A stretch of DNA of 64,000 bases, from positions 1-64,000 of IMG/VR virus record IMGVR_UViG_3300027759_000046; one strand, given 5' to 3'. Below the pieces are notes generated by a model. It was given only the letters and a program-made list of their open reading frames with translations. It did not search any database and had not been told where the DNA came from. The translations under genes and the position numbers were made by a program. Shown one piece after another: positions 27,555-39,183 of this stretch; positions within the stretch are counted from its first letter, which is position 1; each line of letters begins with the position of its first letter.

Positions 27555-29135
27555 ATGAAAGAAATCATTTTTAAGACTGACGCTAGGACTCAGTTAGGTA
27601 ATGGAATTAATGCTCTAGCTGAAGCCGTTAAAGTGACGTTAGGCCCTCGCGGTCGTAATGTTGTTATCTCTAGGGATAATAGTGTTGCTATAACTAAAGA
27701 CGGTGTAACAGTTGCTAGAGAAGTACATTTAGAAAATCATTTGGAAAACGTTGGAGCCCAAATGGTAAAACAAGTTGCAAATAAAGTAGCACTTGAAGCC
27801 GGAGATGGAACAACCACCGCAACAGTATTAGCGCATGCTATCTTTACTGAAGGTAATCGTCTTGTTGTTGCAGGAACCCATCCAATGGAATTAAAAAAGG
27901 GTATTGAGCTTGCATCCAAGCAAATCATTGAAAATCTTCGTTCACAAGCAATTAAGGTCGAAGATTTTGAACAGATTAAACAGGTTGCAACAATCTCTGC
28001 AAATAACGATGAGGAAATTGGCCAAATTATCGCGGACGCAATGGAAGCGGTAGGATTCGATGGAATTATCACAACCGGTGAAAGTAAAACTGGCGAAACC
28101 TACGTTGAAATTGTTGAAGGAATGCAATTCGCTAACGGCTACTTATCTCCGTATTTTATTAATACAGATAAGTCAACGGTTGAGTTTGAAAAACCTTTAA
28201 TTCTATTGTACGATGGTCGTATTTCAAACTTACAAGACTGCTTACAATACTTAGAGCACTCAAACAAGTCAATGAGACCTCTACTTATTATTGCTGAAAG
28301 TGTTGATGGCGAGGCCTTAAATACTCTTCTAGTCAATAAGATTAAGGGAACCCTCAGAGTTGCTGCAATTAAATCTCCAGGATTTGGCGAGCAACGCAAA
28401 TTAAAATTAGATGATATTGCGATCTTAACTGGTGCAAAAACCATCTCAGAAATTGAGGGCCAAACCTTAAAAGAGTCAATTGCTGCAAATTTCGTAGGTA
28501 GCTGTGATCGAGTTGTAATCTCAAATGATTCAACCATGATTATTGGTGGACACGGAAGCAGTTCTGCAATTGAGACACACGTTGCGGACCTAAAATCTCA
28601 AATTGATAATTTAGATGACGAATCCAAAAAGTTAATTCTTAAAGAACGCCTTTCTAAATTCCAAGGCGGAGTTGCTATCATTAAAATTGGTGCAACTTCC
28701 GAGATTGAAGCTAGAGAAAAATTTGATCGTATTGATGATGCCCTTGGTGCAACTAGATCAGCTGTTTCTGAAGGAATTATCCCAGGAGGCGGTATTACAC
28801 TAGCCCTAACGGCTGACTCATTAACTCTATCATTACCGAATCGTGATCAACAATTGGGTGTTGAGCTTTTAAAGAAAGCATGCTCCCAACCATTCCGCGT
28901 AATCTTAGAAAACGCAGGCCTTAGTCCAGACGTTATCTGGAATGAAATTAAATCAAAGGGTCTAGGCTTTAACGTTAAAACTGAAGAATATGTTGACATG
29001 ATTAAGGCTGGAATTATTGATCCAGTTAAAGTTACAAAAACTGCCCTAGAGAACGCTGTATCAATTTCAGCTCTTCTATTGACAACTGACTGCCTAATGG
29101 TACAAAAACCCCAAGTGAACTCACAAGTTCAATAG
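27555..29135 (+). CDS. groEL: Chaperonin GroEL
   Basis: [47 protein letters not shown] and [16 protein letters not shown]. No GGM tail. Confidence 0.97.
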   Translation: MKEIIFKTDARTQLGNGINALAEAVKVTLGPRGRNVVISRDNSVAITKDGVTVAREVHLENHLENVGAQMVKQVANKVALEAGDGTTTATVLAHAIFTEGNRLVVAGTHPMELKKGIELASKQIIENLRSQAIKVEDFEQIKQVATISANNDEEIGQIIADAMEAVGFDGIITTGESKTGETYVEIVEGMQFANGYLSPYFINTDKSTVEFEKPLILLYDGRISNLQDCLQYLEHSNKSMRPLLIIAESVDGEALNTLLVNKIKGTLRVAAIKSPGFGEQRKLKLDDIAILTGAKTISEIEGQTLKESIAANFVGSCDRVVISNDSTMIIGGHGSSSAIETHVADLKSQIDNLDDESKKLILKERLSKFQGGVAIIKIGATSEIEAREKFDRIDDALGATRSAVSEGIIPGGGITLALTADSLTLSLPNRDQQLGVELLKKACSQPFRVILENAGLSPDVIWNEIKSKGLGFNVKTEEYVDMIKAGIIDPVKVTKTALENAVSISALLLTTDCLMVQKPQVNSQVQ

Positions 29136-29156
29136 TCAAATAGCCATCGACGAGTA

Positions 29157-29197
29157 AAACGCCTGGGACAGTAACTATCCTGGGCGTTTGCTTTTTT
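29157..29197 (+). terminator. Rho-independent terminator after groEL
   Basis: AAACGCCTGGGA...TCCTGGGCGTTT stem (2 G-U) followed by GCTTTTTT. Confidence 0.7.
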
Positions 29198-29235
29198 AGT
29201 GGCCTCAATAGATAAAATAAAATCAAATCACGTTA

Positions 29236-32200
29236 ATGGCGACCAATACGCTATTTAAAGAATTACTAAAACAGGTTAAGTGCGAAGAGATCTCAAGCAC
29301 AGGATTTAGTCAGGCTGACCTAGATGCGGTCAAGGCGTGTATTCAAAACGTAAAACCACCAGACACACCAGTTTCAATAAAATTACCAGCTCAGCCGTCA
29401 CCAGATTGTGTTCCAGCTGCAAACGAACAGGTTAAAAAGATAATAGCTGATGAACAACGTAAGTTACCCATTGCAATTCGTAAATCAATCCTAAAAGCAA
29501 AAGTCCAAGAGTTAAGAGATAATTTAACACCAATCAAGGAATATTACAACGCTCGCTATGATTTTTACACAGCAACTGTCAAAAAAGTCGAGCCAAGTAC
29601 CTCTCAATATTTGTATTGGGAAGATGAGTATAACCGGCTAACTAACTTAACCAAGTCACTATACACCATATTATCCAACGATTCTGAACTGTATTTTAGT
29701 TGGGGCTATACTGTTATTTACGTAATTAATAGAGCAAATGAAGATTTTGATAATTCAGAGGTTAGACAGTTTTTTAAAAAATTACCAGATGACCTAAATA
29801 GCTCAAGCTCAATTAGCTCAATTATCAACACAATTCCTTCCAACCCATATAATGATGAATACTTTGCAACAGTAGTCAACAATATATTAGGCACTCTACT
29901 TAAAGCTCCAAAATTTATTGAATGGCTTGTTGCCAGCAGAGCTAGAGCATACGCTTACGAAAGCCGTGAAATTGCAATTGGAAACGCCACAAATTCTCAA
30001 AATACTCAAATACAAAATATAGAGGCACTGCCTTCACAGGCATCAGCGCAAGCGTTAATTCAAAACACGTTTAGGAAAATATCCAGACAATTACTTGTAA
30101 CCTTTCAATCGAATACTGGTACGCAAAACGGATTAACCGTTCCATCTAAAACAGCCGGCTTAACTCTTACACTAATCGGTAAAAACGGAGTATCCGCAAA
30201 GTTACCAGTAATTCATGATGATGGTACAACTGAGCAAATTGATACAATTATTCCAATCAACGGAAGTGCTGATCTAATTAAACCAATTTTTTCAACCAAA
30301 ACCTCTTTTTCAACTCAGCATATCAATCAATACGACCCAGAAAGCTCAACAAATCCACCTAGGTCAGATTCAGATTACACTATCCTAAGCGGTCTATTGT
30401 ATAATGGCGGAGTTCAATATAATTCGTATATTGGCCTCTATAATAAAGTCTCAAATCCAATTTCAAAATTATTCACATTAGAAGAGAGAGGCTTAACCAT
30501 TAATGAATCACAAATTGATCCAAAATTAAAAGAGGCTAAGGACGCGCCAACTTCAATTAAACAGGACAATATAACTCTATATGTTGCCAATCAAACAAAA
30601 TACGAAGACTTTTATACAAACTTAGATAAATCCTATCCAGTTAAGATAAAAGAAGAATACTCAAACGTTTATCCAGCAGCAATCAAGTCAACTCTTGCTG
30701 ACCTAAGAATTCTTGCTCAACGCGAAGCAGCTGACCAATTCAGAAAAGTCCCTAATTCATTTTTAAAATTAGCCAGACCAACAAGCTACACAGCCTCACC
30801 AGGATCCACAGTATTTAATAGCGGAACATTTACGTATAGCTCAGTCGATTCAACTCTATCTCAGGTGCTAGCATATTACAAAAAAGCAAACGAAGAAATA
30901 GATCAATTAATCAAAGACTGTGATGATCAAATTTCCCAACTGGAAAAGGATATTAAAGCAAACTTAATGGATCAAGATATAATCTCAAAAAAGATTCTAG
31001 GCATTCCATGTTTTGCAAAAACTCCAACAATTCCGTCTGACCCAAATTGTGAAGCTGCTGCACTTGCTAAACTTGGAACAGATCCATTATACATTCATAC
31101 GTTAGGCGGAACCGATAGCTCATTACCTGATTTTACAACCCAATGTTACTGGAAAAAATTTACAGATGCCTTAAATAAGGTCTCGTTATTGCCATTTCCA
31201 GACATAAGCGGCCCACCGCCAGCAAACACAGTATTTAGATATTGGCCAATCAACTGTATTATTCCAGCCGGCCCAGCTCTAGTTCTTTTACCAATTCCAC
31301 CAAAGTGGTCCCCGTTATTTGTCTTACCGACACCTCTTGGAACCCTAGTGTGTTTATTAACAATGCCAATTGCTCCAGTTGGAATACCTCTACCTTCAGT
31401 CTCGCTATTCTATTTTGCTCCAGATTCAAATAAGTATCTAGTTGCAAGTACAAATATTCCATTGCTATTCTCTGATCCAACGTTTACAACTCTTAAATTT
31501 GGATTTGAACTAGACAACTCACCAACCTCAATTAACCCGTTAGGTCTTCATCCAACTAATCCATATAAAGGCCAAATGGTTAAGGGCTCAATTCAAGTGC
31601 CAGTTGCAGTCTCCGCTGCAATTGCTAAAGCCAAGCGTCTTGCTGAAATTGCAGCACTTATTGCTCAAGGTAAAATTCCAAATCTGCCGTTAAGTATGAT
31701 TGAGGATCTGCTGAACTTATTAAATGAATCGCCTGATTCAGATTTTGCTAGACAGGTCAAGAAATTTAGAGGAACAGTTAACACCCAGCTTAATAAACTT
31801 GGTGAAATGCAAACCAACGCAATCGAAGACCTAAAGAATAAATTAAAGGACGCTAGAGATGCCGCTCTCGATAAAACATTTGGTGAAAAGGATCCAGCGA
31901 AACGTCGCAAAAGCAGAAAGAACGCTAGGGACTTACAAATTCTGGAATTACAGGAAAAAATAGACGCAACGCTAAACTGCTTTGATCCATGGATTGATAA
32001 TATAAAATTTGGAACAATCTCATATCCAAAGGACGCAACGAAACATAATCCACAGTTGCCCAAAGCCGCTCAAACCGTTATTGAACTATTGGAGCTAGCA
32101 TCACGTGGAGATCTTATGCTTAAATCAATGAGCCTTAATAAAAAATTAATTAAGATCATTAACAAAGTAAATATCAAGAAATTTATCAAAAAGACCGAAT

Positions 32201-33717
32201 TTACAATAGACACAGAAGCTGGCGTAAATGAAGTTAAAGATACTCTTAGTAAACTATTCGAAGGTATGCTAGACTATCTAAAGGGCAAACCTTCTGAACC
32301 TGATACAACTGGGCTATCTAAGGAGGAAGCTGCACGTCGAGCTAAAGCCGAAAAGGCCGTACAGGACGTAATTGCCAAAGCTCTAGCATTAACTGCCTTT
32401 GCAACCTCTGTCCCTATCCCAATCGTTACGTTTGACCTAAGTAAAAAATGTTGTAAAACCGAGCCGGTCAGTTTTCCAACAATTGATCCAGCCCTTGCTG
32501 CCGCCTTTTCAATAATACTTGCACTAGTTAACGCCGTGATTGGTGGTCTAAAGGCCGAAGATTTTATGGCCGCTCTCGGAATACCCGATATAAAACAAAA
32601 AATTAGCATACAATTAATTTTTGACATGCTAATTGCAATAATTGAATCAATTCCAGAAGTTCCACTGCCAGATCCATCAAGTATCGTTAACTTATTTAAG
32701 TCAACAATCATTCCAATGTTTACTTCAACCTCATTACCTGGTGCTCCAAACCCATTACACCCGCCAATGTTCCCAATTGTAATTCCGTTAGATCCAATTT
32801 TAAAACCTCTAATTAAAATTGCATTAGGTTTATTAATCGAAGCTATCTTAAAGCTCTTATCTAGAGCTGATGCTAATTTAAAAGCAGCGTCTGGTGCTGA
32901 TCAGAAAGGTGGGCTATATAATTCAGATCAACTACTTAATCAGGTTTTAACTGAGGCATGTGGCAATACTGGAATCTCAGCAAATCTAACATTTGATCAA
33001 GTTGGATCAAATCTAAATTCTTCAAATGTTAGTATCACAGTAACTCTGCCAAACGGTAAGAAATTTAAGTTGCCTAAAATACCAGCATTTCCAGTTGATG
33101 TAATTGCATACTTCCAATTGTTAACTGGTCCAGACATCATTGAATTAGTTAGAAGCCTGTTCAACGGCATATTTGATCAAATAATGGATCCAATTGTCCA
33201 AATCGTTAATATAGTTTCAGCCATTGCTAAATCACTAGACACTTACGAGTTTAATCTAATCGAAGCCGGTATTCCGCAAGTCACCATAATCAAGTTACTC
33301 ATAATGAAGCTTGATTCCATGATTCCAAAGGGTATCAAAACCAAAATAATTAGTCCTGAAGTAATGGCAATAATTCAAGCAGCAACCATTCCAGCTCTAA
33401 AATTTGCAGAACCGGTAGTTAAAGAAGTTGCATGGATCGGCGTTCTTGCACTATGCGCGGCCGCTTCACCAGCCACTGCATATAAAACTGTATCGATTGC
33501 GCGTATGTTTCATCCAATAGTGAATCAAGACGATCTACCACCATGGGAAAGGTTAACTCATAAGAATCCATTATTCGCGATTTTCCTTGACGAGATAGCC
33601 TGGAGAGGATCAATCTATTCAACCGGTTCACTAATATTTCAGACGAAAACTCCAGCAGTTTTACCGTACACACCAATTTTTCCGATCATCCACATTTCGC
33701 CACATACTCTCGGTTAA
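29236..33717 (+). CDS. Large hypothetical protein (1493 aa) with coiled coils and Pro-rich hydrophobic segments
   Basis: Uninterrupted ORF; no domain recognised. Confidence 0.85.
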   Translation: MATNTLFKELLKQVKCEEISSTGFSQADLDAVKACIQNVKPPDTPVSIKLPAQPSPDCVPAANEQVKKIIADEQRKLPIAIRKSILKAKVQELRDNLTPIKEYYNARYDFYTATVKKVEPSTSQYLYWEDEYNRLTNLTKSLYTILSNDSELYFSWGYTVIYVINRANEDFDNSEVRQFFKKLPDDLNSSSSISSIINTIPSNPYNDEYFATVVNNILGTLLKAPKFIEWLVASRARAYAYESREIAIGNATNSQNTQIQNIEALPSQASAQALIQNTFRKISRQLLVTFQSNTGTQNGLTVPSKTAGLTLTLIGKNGVSAKLPVIHDDGTTEQIDTIIPINGSADLIKPIFSTKTSFSTQHINQYDPESSTNPPRSDSDYTILSGLLYNGGVQYNSYIGLYNKVSNPISKLFTLEERGLTINESQIDPKLKEAKDAPTSIKQDNITLYVANQTKYEDFYTNLDKSYPVKIKEEYSNVYPAAIKSTLADLRILAQREAADQFRKVPNSFLKLARPTSYTASPGSTVFNSGTFTYSSVDSTLSQVLAYYKKANEEIDQLIKDCDDQISQLEKDIKANLMDQDIISKKILGIPCFAKTPTIPSDPNCEAAALAKLGTDPLYIHTLGGTDSSLPDFTTQCYWKKFTDALNKVSLLPFPDISGPPPANTVFRYWPINCIIPAGPALVLLPIPPKWSPLFVLPTPLGTLVCLLTMPIAPVGIPLPSVSLFYFAPDSNKYLVASTNIPLLFSDPTFTTLKFGFELDNSPTSINPLGLHPTNPYKGQMVKGSIQVPVAVSAAIAKAKRLAEIAALIAQGKIPNLPLSMIEDLLNLLNESPDSDFARQVKKFRGTVNTQLNKLGEMQTNAIEDLKNKLKDARDAALDKTFGEKDPAKRRKSRKNARDLQILELQEKIDATLNCFDPWIDNIKFGTISYPKDATKHNPQLPKAAQTVIELLELASRGDLMLKSMSLNKKLIKIINKVNIKKFIKKTEFTIDTEAGVNEVKDTLSKLFEGMLDYLKGKPSEPDTTGLSKEEAARRAKAEKAVQDVIAKALALTAFATSVPIPIVTFDLSKKCCKTEPVSFPTIDPALAAAFSIILALVNAVIGGLKAEDFMAALGIPDIKQKISIQLIFDMLIAIIESIPEVPLPDPSSIVNLFKSTIIPMFTSTSLPGAPNPLHPPMFPIVIPLDPILKPLIKIALGLLIEAILKLLSRADANLKAASGADQKGGLYNSDQLLNQVLTEACGNTGISANLTFDQVGSNLNSSNVSITVTLPNGKKFKLPKIPAFPVDVIAYFQLLTGPDIIELVRSLFNGIFDQIMDPIVQIVNIVSAIAKSLDTYEFNLIEAGIPQVTIIKLLIMKLDSMIPKGIKTKIISPEVMAIIQAATIPALKFAEPVVKEVAWIGVLALCAAASPATAYKTVSIARMFHPIVNQDDLPPWERLTHKNPLFAIFLDEIAWRGSIYSTGSLIFQTKTPAVLPYTPIFPIIHISPHTLG

Positions 33718-33732
33718 TAATCTATATTTTCT

Positions 33733-33760
33733 AAAACCTGTGGTGAAATCTCTGTATAAT
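33733..33760 (+). promoter_or_regulatory. Putative phage early/middle promoter AAAACC-N16-TATAAT
   Basis: Intergenic motif upstream of the S1-like gene. Confidence 0.65.
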
Positions 33761-33787
33761 TTATTACTTAACTTTAAAAAATAGTAA

Positions 33788-34969
33788 ATGGAAAACAACC
33801 AATTCACGACCGAAGAACTTGATGCTCTATTCAGTCAATCGACATCGAAGTACAACACTACAATCAAATTAACTGAAGCTGACCGTAGAGCTGGCGTAAA
33901 GATTTTATGTAAAGAGCCCTATGCTCAAGAATTATATGATCTCTATTCTAGATTCGAATCAGGTTCACCAATTACATCAAAAGACTTTACCGAAGGTCAA
34001 TTATGTACAGTTATCGCAAAGAGTATTGATTTTGACGGTAAGATGATTATTGCAGATGAGAAATTCTCAAAATCAACAGTTTACATTCCATTTAGAGAAT
34101 TTACAGAAGAGCCATCATTATTACTTAATGACGGAGACCTACGAGAATTTAAAGTAGTTATTACTAAAGCAACTGCTGGAGACTATGTTGGATCTGAGAA
34201 GAAATGCGCAGCGTTTACTTATCGTGAAAACTTAAATAGCTTCATGAAGGACGAAAAATGGTTCTACGTAAAAGTTGTTAGCTTAGTAAAAGGCGGATAC
34301 CTTGCTCTATATAAAGGAACCGTTAAATGTTTCTTACCTGGATCTCATGCAGCAGCCAACGTAATTAGAGACTTTAATGAGTACTTAAACACTGAAATTC
34401 CAGTTATGATTGAGAATTTTGATGCAACAAATGACCTGTTCATTGTTTCTTACAAGAAGTACATCAAACACACATTACCTCAAAAAGTATACGAATTGGA
34501 ATTCGGTAAAGAGTACAAAGGTATCTTAACCAATAAACCATACGATTTCGGTATCTTTGTTGAATTCCAAAATTACTACACAGGTTTAATCCATAAGAGC
34601 GAATTTGAAAATTATGCAGAATTTGCAGAAGGTCGTAAATCAGGCGATGAGATTTCATTCTACATCAAGGATATTATCATCAAGAAAGGAGAACCTCGTA
34701 TTGTGTTAACCGACACACTTGATAAAGTAGATTACGAAAAAATTCAATGGCAAAGTCTAAAAGATAGAGTTGAAGGTCACACCCTAAACTTTACGTTAGA
34801 CAAAGAAGACTTTTCAATTGAATTGGAGATGCCAGACGAAGATATTGTCTTCAGAACTGACGTAAGTCACCTTAAGGGCCGAATCCGAATACCTAATGAA
34901 GGCCAGGTGAAAATCCTACGAGTTGATACCTTTAGAAAAAATTTAAAATTTGATTTCTTACAAGCTTAG
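33788..34969 (+). CDS. rpsA: Ribosomal protein S1 (bS1)-like protein with about 3-4 S1/OB domains
   Basis: VKVVSLVKGGY..KCFLPGSH..IPVMIENFD..FIVSYK (D2-like) and YKGILTNKPYDFGIFVEF..YTGLIHKSEF (D3-like), plus degenerate flanking repeats. Confidence 0.8.
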   Translation: MENNQFTTEELDALFSQSTSKYNTTIKLTEADRRAGVKILCKEPYAQELYDLYSRFESGSPITSKDFTEGQLCTVIAKSIDFDGKMIIADEKFSKSTVYIPFREFTEEPSLLLNDGDLREFKVVITKATAGDYVGSEKKCAAFTYRENLNSFMKDEKWFYVKVVSLVKGGYLALYKGTVKCFLPGSHAAANVIRDFNEYLNTEIPVMIENFDATNDLFIVSYKKYIKHTLPQKVYELEFGKEYKGILTNKPYDFGIFVEFQNYYTGLIHKSEFENYAEFAEGRKSGDEISFYIKDIIIKKGEPRIVLTDTLDKVDYEKIQWQSLKDRVEGHTLNFTLDKEDFSIELEMPDEDIVFRTDVSHLKGRIRIPNEGQVKILRVDTFRKNLKFDFLQA

Positions 34970-35000
34970 TAGTTATTTGGTACTTTAATAAATAACTAAG

Positions 35001-35144
35001 ATGTATAAGTCAAACTTTAAAAACACGCAATTCGGTTCACAGGTTAGTAAATTTTACTCAAACCACTTATTAGCTAACCGCCGATCAAGCGCCAGTACTT
35101 ATACACACAATACCAGTATTAACCGTAAAATTTACTTAAACTAA
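35001..35144 (+). CDS. Possible 47-aa basic small protein ([14 protein letters not shown]...RKIYLN)
   Basis: ATG 5 nt after an exact ATAAATAA motif (34988-34995). Fills the rpsA-nrdB gap and ends 7 nt before nrdB. Below the ORF-track size cut-off. Confidence 0.4.
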   Translation: MYKSNFKNTQFGSQVSKFYSNHLLANRRSSASTYTHNTSINRKIYLN

Positions 35145-35151
35145 AAAATTA

Positions 35152-36111
35152 ATGGAACCTATCCTAGTAGAGAATCCCAATCGATTCGTTGTCTTCCCAA
35201 TCCAGCATCATGACTTGTGGGAATATTATAAAAAAGCGGAAGCTAGTTTTTGGACAGCTGAGGAAATTGACCTTGCTGCCGACCTAGTCGACTGGCGAAC
35301 TAAATTAAATGATGACGAGAGACACTTTATCAAGCATGTATTAGCATTCTTTGCAGCGAGTGATGGAATAGTTAACGAGAATTTAGCTGAGAATTTTGTT
35401 AAAGAAGTTCAATACCCAGAGGCTAAATTTTTCTATGGATTCCAAATTATGATGGAAAATATCCACTCTGAGACCTACTCATTGCTTATTGATACCTATA
35501 TTGCTGATCCGGAAGAGAAAATGAAATTGTTTAGAGCAATCGATACTATTCCAGCAGTTGCTAAAAAGGCAGAGTGGGCATTACGTTGGATCAAGAATTC
35601 AACTTTCCAAGAAAGACTTGTTGCGTTTGCAGCAGTCGAAGGAATCTTCTTCTCAGGATCGTTCTGTTCTATTTTTTGGTTGAAAAAACGGGGCCTTATG
35701 CCAGGATTAAGTTTCTCAAATGAACTTATTTCAAGAGACGAAGGCTCGCATACAGATTTTGCAGTTCACCTACACAATAATCATATCAACAATAAAGTTT
35801 CTCCAGAGAGAATCAAAGAGATCTTATTATCTGCTCTAGAAATTGAAAAAGAATTTATCATTGATGCATTACCAGTCAAAGTAATCGGTATGAATTCTGA
35901 CTTAATGTCTCAATACTTAGAGTTTGTAACAGATCGACTATTACAAGATTTAGGTTGTGAAAAGGTCTTCAATGTGCAAAATCCGTTTGATTTTATGGTA
36001 AACATCGCGTTAAATGGAAAAACTAATTTCTTCGAGAAGAGAGTTGGCGAATATCAGAAAGCGGGAGTAAAATCCGGAGATACAGGTTTTTCAATGGATG
36101 CAGATTTTTAA
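35152..36111 (+). CDS. nrdB: Ribonucleotide reductase class Ia beta subunit
   Basis: [50 protein letters not shown] and FFEKRVGEY. Confidence 0.97.
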   Translation: MEPILVENPNRFVVFPIQHHDLWEYYKKAEASFWTAEEIDLAADLVDWRTKLNDDERHFIKHVLAFFAASDGIVNENLAENFVKEVQYPEAKFFYGFQIMMENIHSETYSLLIDTYIADPEEKMKLFRAIDTIPAVAKKAEWALRWIKNSTFQERLVAFAAVEGIFFSGSFCSIFWLKKRGLMPGLSFSNELISRDEGSHTDFAVHLHNNHINNKVSPERIKEILLSALEIEKEFIIDALPVKVIGMNSDLMSQYLEFVTDRLLQDLGCEKVFNVQNPFDFMVNIALNGKTNFFEKRVGEYQKAGVKSGDTGFSMDADF

Positions 36112-36135
36112 CAATAAAAAACAAGGATTTAAGAA

Positions 36136-38544
36136 ATGAAAGTAATAAAAAGAGATGGCCACGCAGAAACTCTGCGCCTTGATAAAATAACTAACCGTAT
36201 CAAGAAACAAACTTACGGATTAGACACAGACCATGTAGATGCCCTTGAGGTTGCAACGAAAGTTGTATCAGGCCTATATGACGGAATTAGCACAGAAAAA
36301 CTTGATAGCCTTGCGGCCGAGACATCGGCTGCACTAGCCTACATTCACCCAGACTATTCAATCTTAGCTGCACGAATAGCAATCACCAGATTACATAAAA
36401 CAACTACTAAATCGTTTAGTGATACGATTGAACACCTTTACACCTACATCGATCCAAAGACTGGCCAGAATGCCGGCTTAATTTCAGACGAAACGTATGC
36501 AGCAGTTAAGAAGAATGCAAGTACTTTAAATGAGGCAATCATTCATGATAGAGATCTTAATTTCGACTATTTTGGTTTCAAGACCCTCGAGAGAAGTTAC
36601 CTATTAAAAACTAACGGTCAGCCTGCTGAATCCCCACAACATCTTTACATGAGAGTTGCGGTTGGAATTTGGGGCACAGACGTTCAAAATGTCCTAAAGA
36701 CATACGAACTCTTGTCAACTCATCAAATGACTCACGCAACACCTACTCTATTTAATGCAGGTACAAAACGTCCACAATTATCTTCATGCTTCTTATTAAC
36801 AATGCAAGAAGATTCAATCTCTGGAATTTACAAGACCTTAACTGACGTTGCTGCAATTTCGCAAAACGCTGGAGGAATAGGTTTAGCCATTTCAAATATC
36901 CGAGCAACAGGTTCTTACATTAAAGGAACTAACGGTACATCAAATGGTATTGTGCCAATGCTTAAAGTATTCAATGAAACAGCTAGATACGTTGATCAAG
37001 GCGGCGGAAAGCGTAAAGGTTCATTTGCAATCTATTTAGAGCCATGGCATGCCGATATTGAAGACTTCTTGGAATTAAGAAAGAATCACGGTAAAGAAGA
37101 ACGTCGTGCAAGAGATTTATTCTTGGCGTTATGGACACCAGATCTTTTCATGAAACGTGTTGAAGAAGATGCAGATTGGACTCTATTCTGTCCTGCTGAA
37201 ATCAATTGCGAACTTTGGGAAATGTACGGCGAAGAATTTGAAAAGAATTACATTCGTCTTGAACAAGAAGGAAAAGGACGCCACACAGTTAAGGCCAGAG
37301 TTCTTTGGCAAAAGGTGCTAGAGGCTCAAGTTGAAACCGGTACACCATACATCCTATTTAAAGATGCAGCAAACATCAAATCAAATCAAAAAAATCTAGG
37401 TACAATCAAGTCATCAAACTTATGTACTGAAATTATTGAATACACGTCAAAGGATGAGCAAGCTGTATGTAACTTAGCGTCAATTCCAGTAAATCAATTT
37501 ATCAATATTGGAAAACGTTCAGGTAAATTAAGAAAACCTCAATGCGATTATAATTTTACAGAATTGTATGAAGTTGCATATCAAACTACTCTAAACCTAA
37601 ATAAGGTAATTGATGTAAACTACTATCCAACTGTTGAAACTAAAAATTCAAATGTAAAGCATCGACCTATCGGGATCGGAATCCAAGGATTAGCCGATAC
37701 ATTTGCAATCATGGGTTACGAATTCAGTAATGATGAGGCTAAGAAATTAAATAGCGATATTTTTGAGACTATTTACTTCGCGGCAATGGAAGCATCAATT
37801 GACCTTGCTAAAAAAGAAGGATCATACGAGTCATATCAAGGTTCTCCATTAAGCCAAGGCCAATTTCAGTTTAATCTATGGGGAGTAAACGAATCTGAAC
37901 TATCTGGACTTTGGGATTGGACCGCTCTTCGCAAGAAATTAATGAAGTGGGGAGCTCGTAACTCTCTATTGCTTGCTCCGATGCCAACCGCTTCAACTGC
38001 TCAAATTATGGGTAATAATGAAGCCTTTGAACCATTCACTTCAAATATTGGAACTCGTAGAACTCTTGCTGGCGAATTTATAGTAGTTAACAAACATCTA
38101 GTTAAAGATCTAGTTGAATTGGATCTATGGAACGAATCTATGCGAAACCGAATTATCAGCGAAAAGGGCTCTGTCCAAAATATTCCAGAAATTCCAACTG
38201 AAATTAAAGCAATCTATAAAACCGTTTGGGAGATCAAGCAGAAAGATCTAATTGATATGGCAGCTGACCGTGGCAGATTCATCTGTCAATCACAGTCTCT
38301 AAATATCTTTATTAGAGATGTTAATACTGCAAAGCTTACATCAGCGCACTTCCATGCATGGAGAAAAGGCCTAAAAACCGGTATGTATTACTTACGAACA
38401 GAAGCTGCTTCTTCAGCAATTGCCTCGCTTGGATTAGATTTTAACGCAAAACCCGAAATAAAGCCTGTCGATATATTGGAAAACCTGGATGACATTACCT
38501 GTTCTCTAGATAACCCAGAGGATTGCATTGCATGTAGTTCATAA
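36136..38544 (+). CDS. nrdA: Ribonucleotide reductase class Ia alpha subunit with N-terminal ATP cone
   Basis: VIKRDG ATP cone, [40 protein letters not shown] and C-terminal CIAC. Confidence 0.97.
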   Translation: MKVIKRDGHAETLRLDKITNRIKKQTYGLDTDHVDALEVATKVVSGLYDGISTEKLDSLAAETSAALAYIHPDYSILAARIAITRLHKTTTKSFSDTIEHLYTYIDPKTGQNAGLISDETYAAVKKNASTLNEAIIHDRDLNFDYFGFKTLERSYLLKTNGQPAESPQHLYMRVAVGIWGTDVQNVLKTYELLSTHQMTHATPTLFNAGTKRPQLSSCFLLTMQEDSISGIYKTLTDVAAISQNAGGIGLAISNIRATGSYIKGTNGTSNGIVPMLKVFNETARYVDQGGGKRKGSFAIYLEPWHADIEDFLELRKNHGKEERRARDLFLALWTPDLFMKRVEEDADWTLFCPAEINCELWEMYGEEFEKNYIRLEQEGKGRHTVKARVLWQKVLEAQVETGTPYILFKDAANIKSNQKNLGTIKSSNLCTEIIEYTSKDEQAVCNLASIPVNQFINIGKRSGKLRKPQCDYNFTELYEVAYQTTLNLNKVIDVNYYPTVETKNSNVKHRPIGIGIQGLADTFAIMGYEFSNDEAKKLNSDIFETIYFAAMEASIDLAKKEGSYESYQGSPLSQGQFQFNLWGVNESELSGLWDWTALRKKLMKWGARNSLLLAPMPTASTAQIMGNNEAFEPFTSNIGTRRTLAGEFIVVNKHLVKDLVELDLWNESMRNRIISEKGSVQNIPEIPTEIKAIYKTVWEIKQKDLIDMAADRGRFICQSQSLNIFIRDVNTAKLTSAHFHAWRKGLKTGMYYLRTEAASSAIASLGLDFNAKPEIKPVDILENLDDITCSLDNPEDCIACSS

Positions 38545-38574
38545 CCCTGGACTCAAATTTATTAAACCAAGTAC

Positions 38575-38601
38575 AAGGGAGGATTTTATCCTCCCTTTTT
38601 T
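38575..38601 (+). terminator. Rho-independent terminator after nrdA
   Basis: Perfect stem AAGGGAGGAT/ATCCTCCCTT followed by a T tract. Confidence 0.8.
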
Positions 38602-38602
38602 A

Positions 38603-38610
38603 ATAAATAA
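38603..38610 (+). promoter_or_regulatory. Late promoter motif ATAAATAA
   Basis: Immediately after the terminator and 24 nt upstream of the ATG at 38635. Confidence 0.65.
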
Positions 38611-38634
38611 CCCTAGTAAAAAAGCTATAAACTC

Positions 38635-39183
38635 ATGAGAATATTAGAATTTAAAGAATTCAGAAGACTATTATTGGAGGACGATCCTGCTCCAGCGCCA
38701 GATGCAGCAGCAGCTCCACCTCCACCGCCGCCGGCTGACCCAGCCGCAGCAATGCCACCTCCACCAATGGATATGGGCATGCCAGGCGCATTACCGCCTG
38801 ACCCAAACGCAGCACCAGCTGGTCCAACTGCTCCAACTGGCCTAAAATTCATTTTTATCCAGGATGCAGAGAATAAAAAATGGCACGGGTCTCACAACGA
38901 AGATGGCGGAACCAAAAGATTTACTCAATACGAAGTAACTCCAGACGAGCTAACTAAATGGTTAGAAGCTCACAAACTTGACAAAGATAAGGATCTAGTC
39001 TTAGCTGCATTAGCCGGAAGACGCCCAATGCCCGAAACAGTTTACTCAACTTTTAAGAAAGAGGTAATTGATGGCGATTTGGGATCTGATAAAGGAACTC
39101 TAGACATTAAATTTGATTCAGGTGATAATTTCAGCCACCCATCAACGTCTGATCTAGAAGTAGTATTTTTAAAATCTAAATAA
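38635..39183 (+). CDS. Hypothetical protein with Pro/Ala-rich linker; candidate capsid-internal protein
   Basis: N-terminus MRILEFKEFRRLLLE followed by a low-complexity PAPAPDAAAAPPPPPP segment. Confidence 0.8.
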   Translation: MRILEFKEFRRLLLEDDPAPAPDAAAAPPPPPPADPAAAMPPPPMDMGMPGALPPDPNAAPAGPTAPTGLKFIFIQDAENKKWHGSHNEDGGTKRFTQYEVTPDELTKWLEAHKLDKDKDLVLAALAGRRPMPETVYSTFKKEVIDGDLGSDKGTLDIKFDSGDNFSHPSTSDLEVVFLKSK

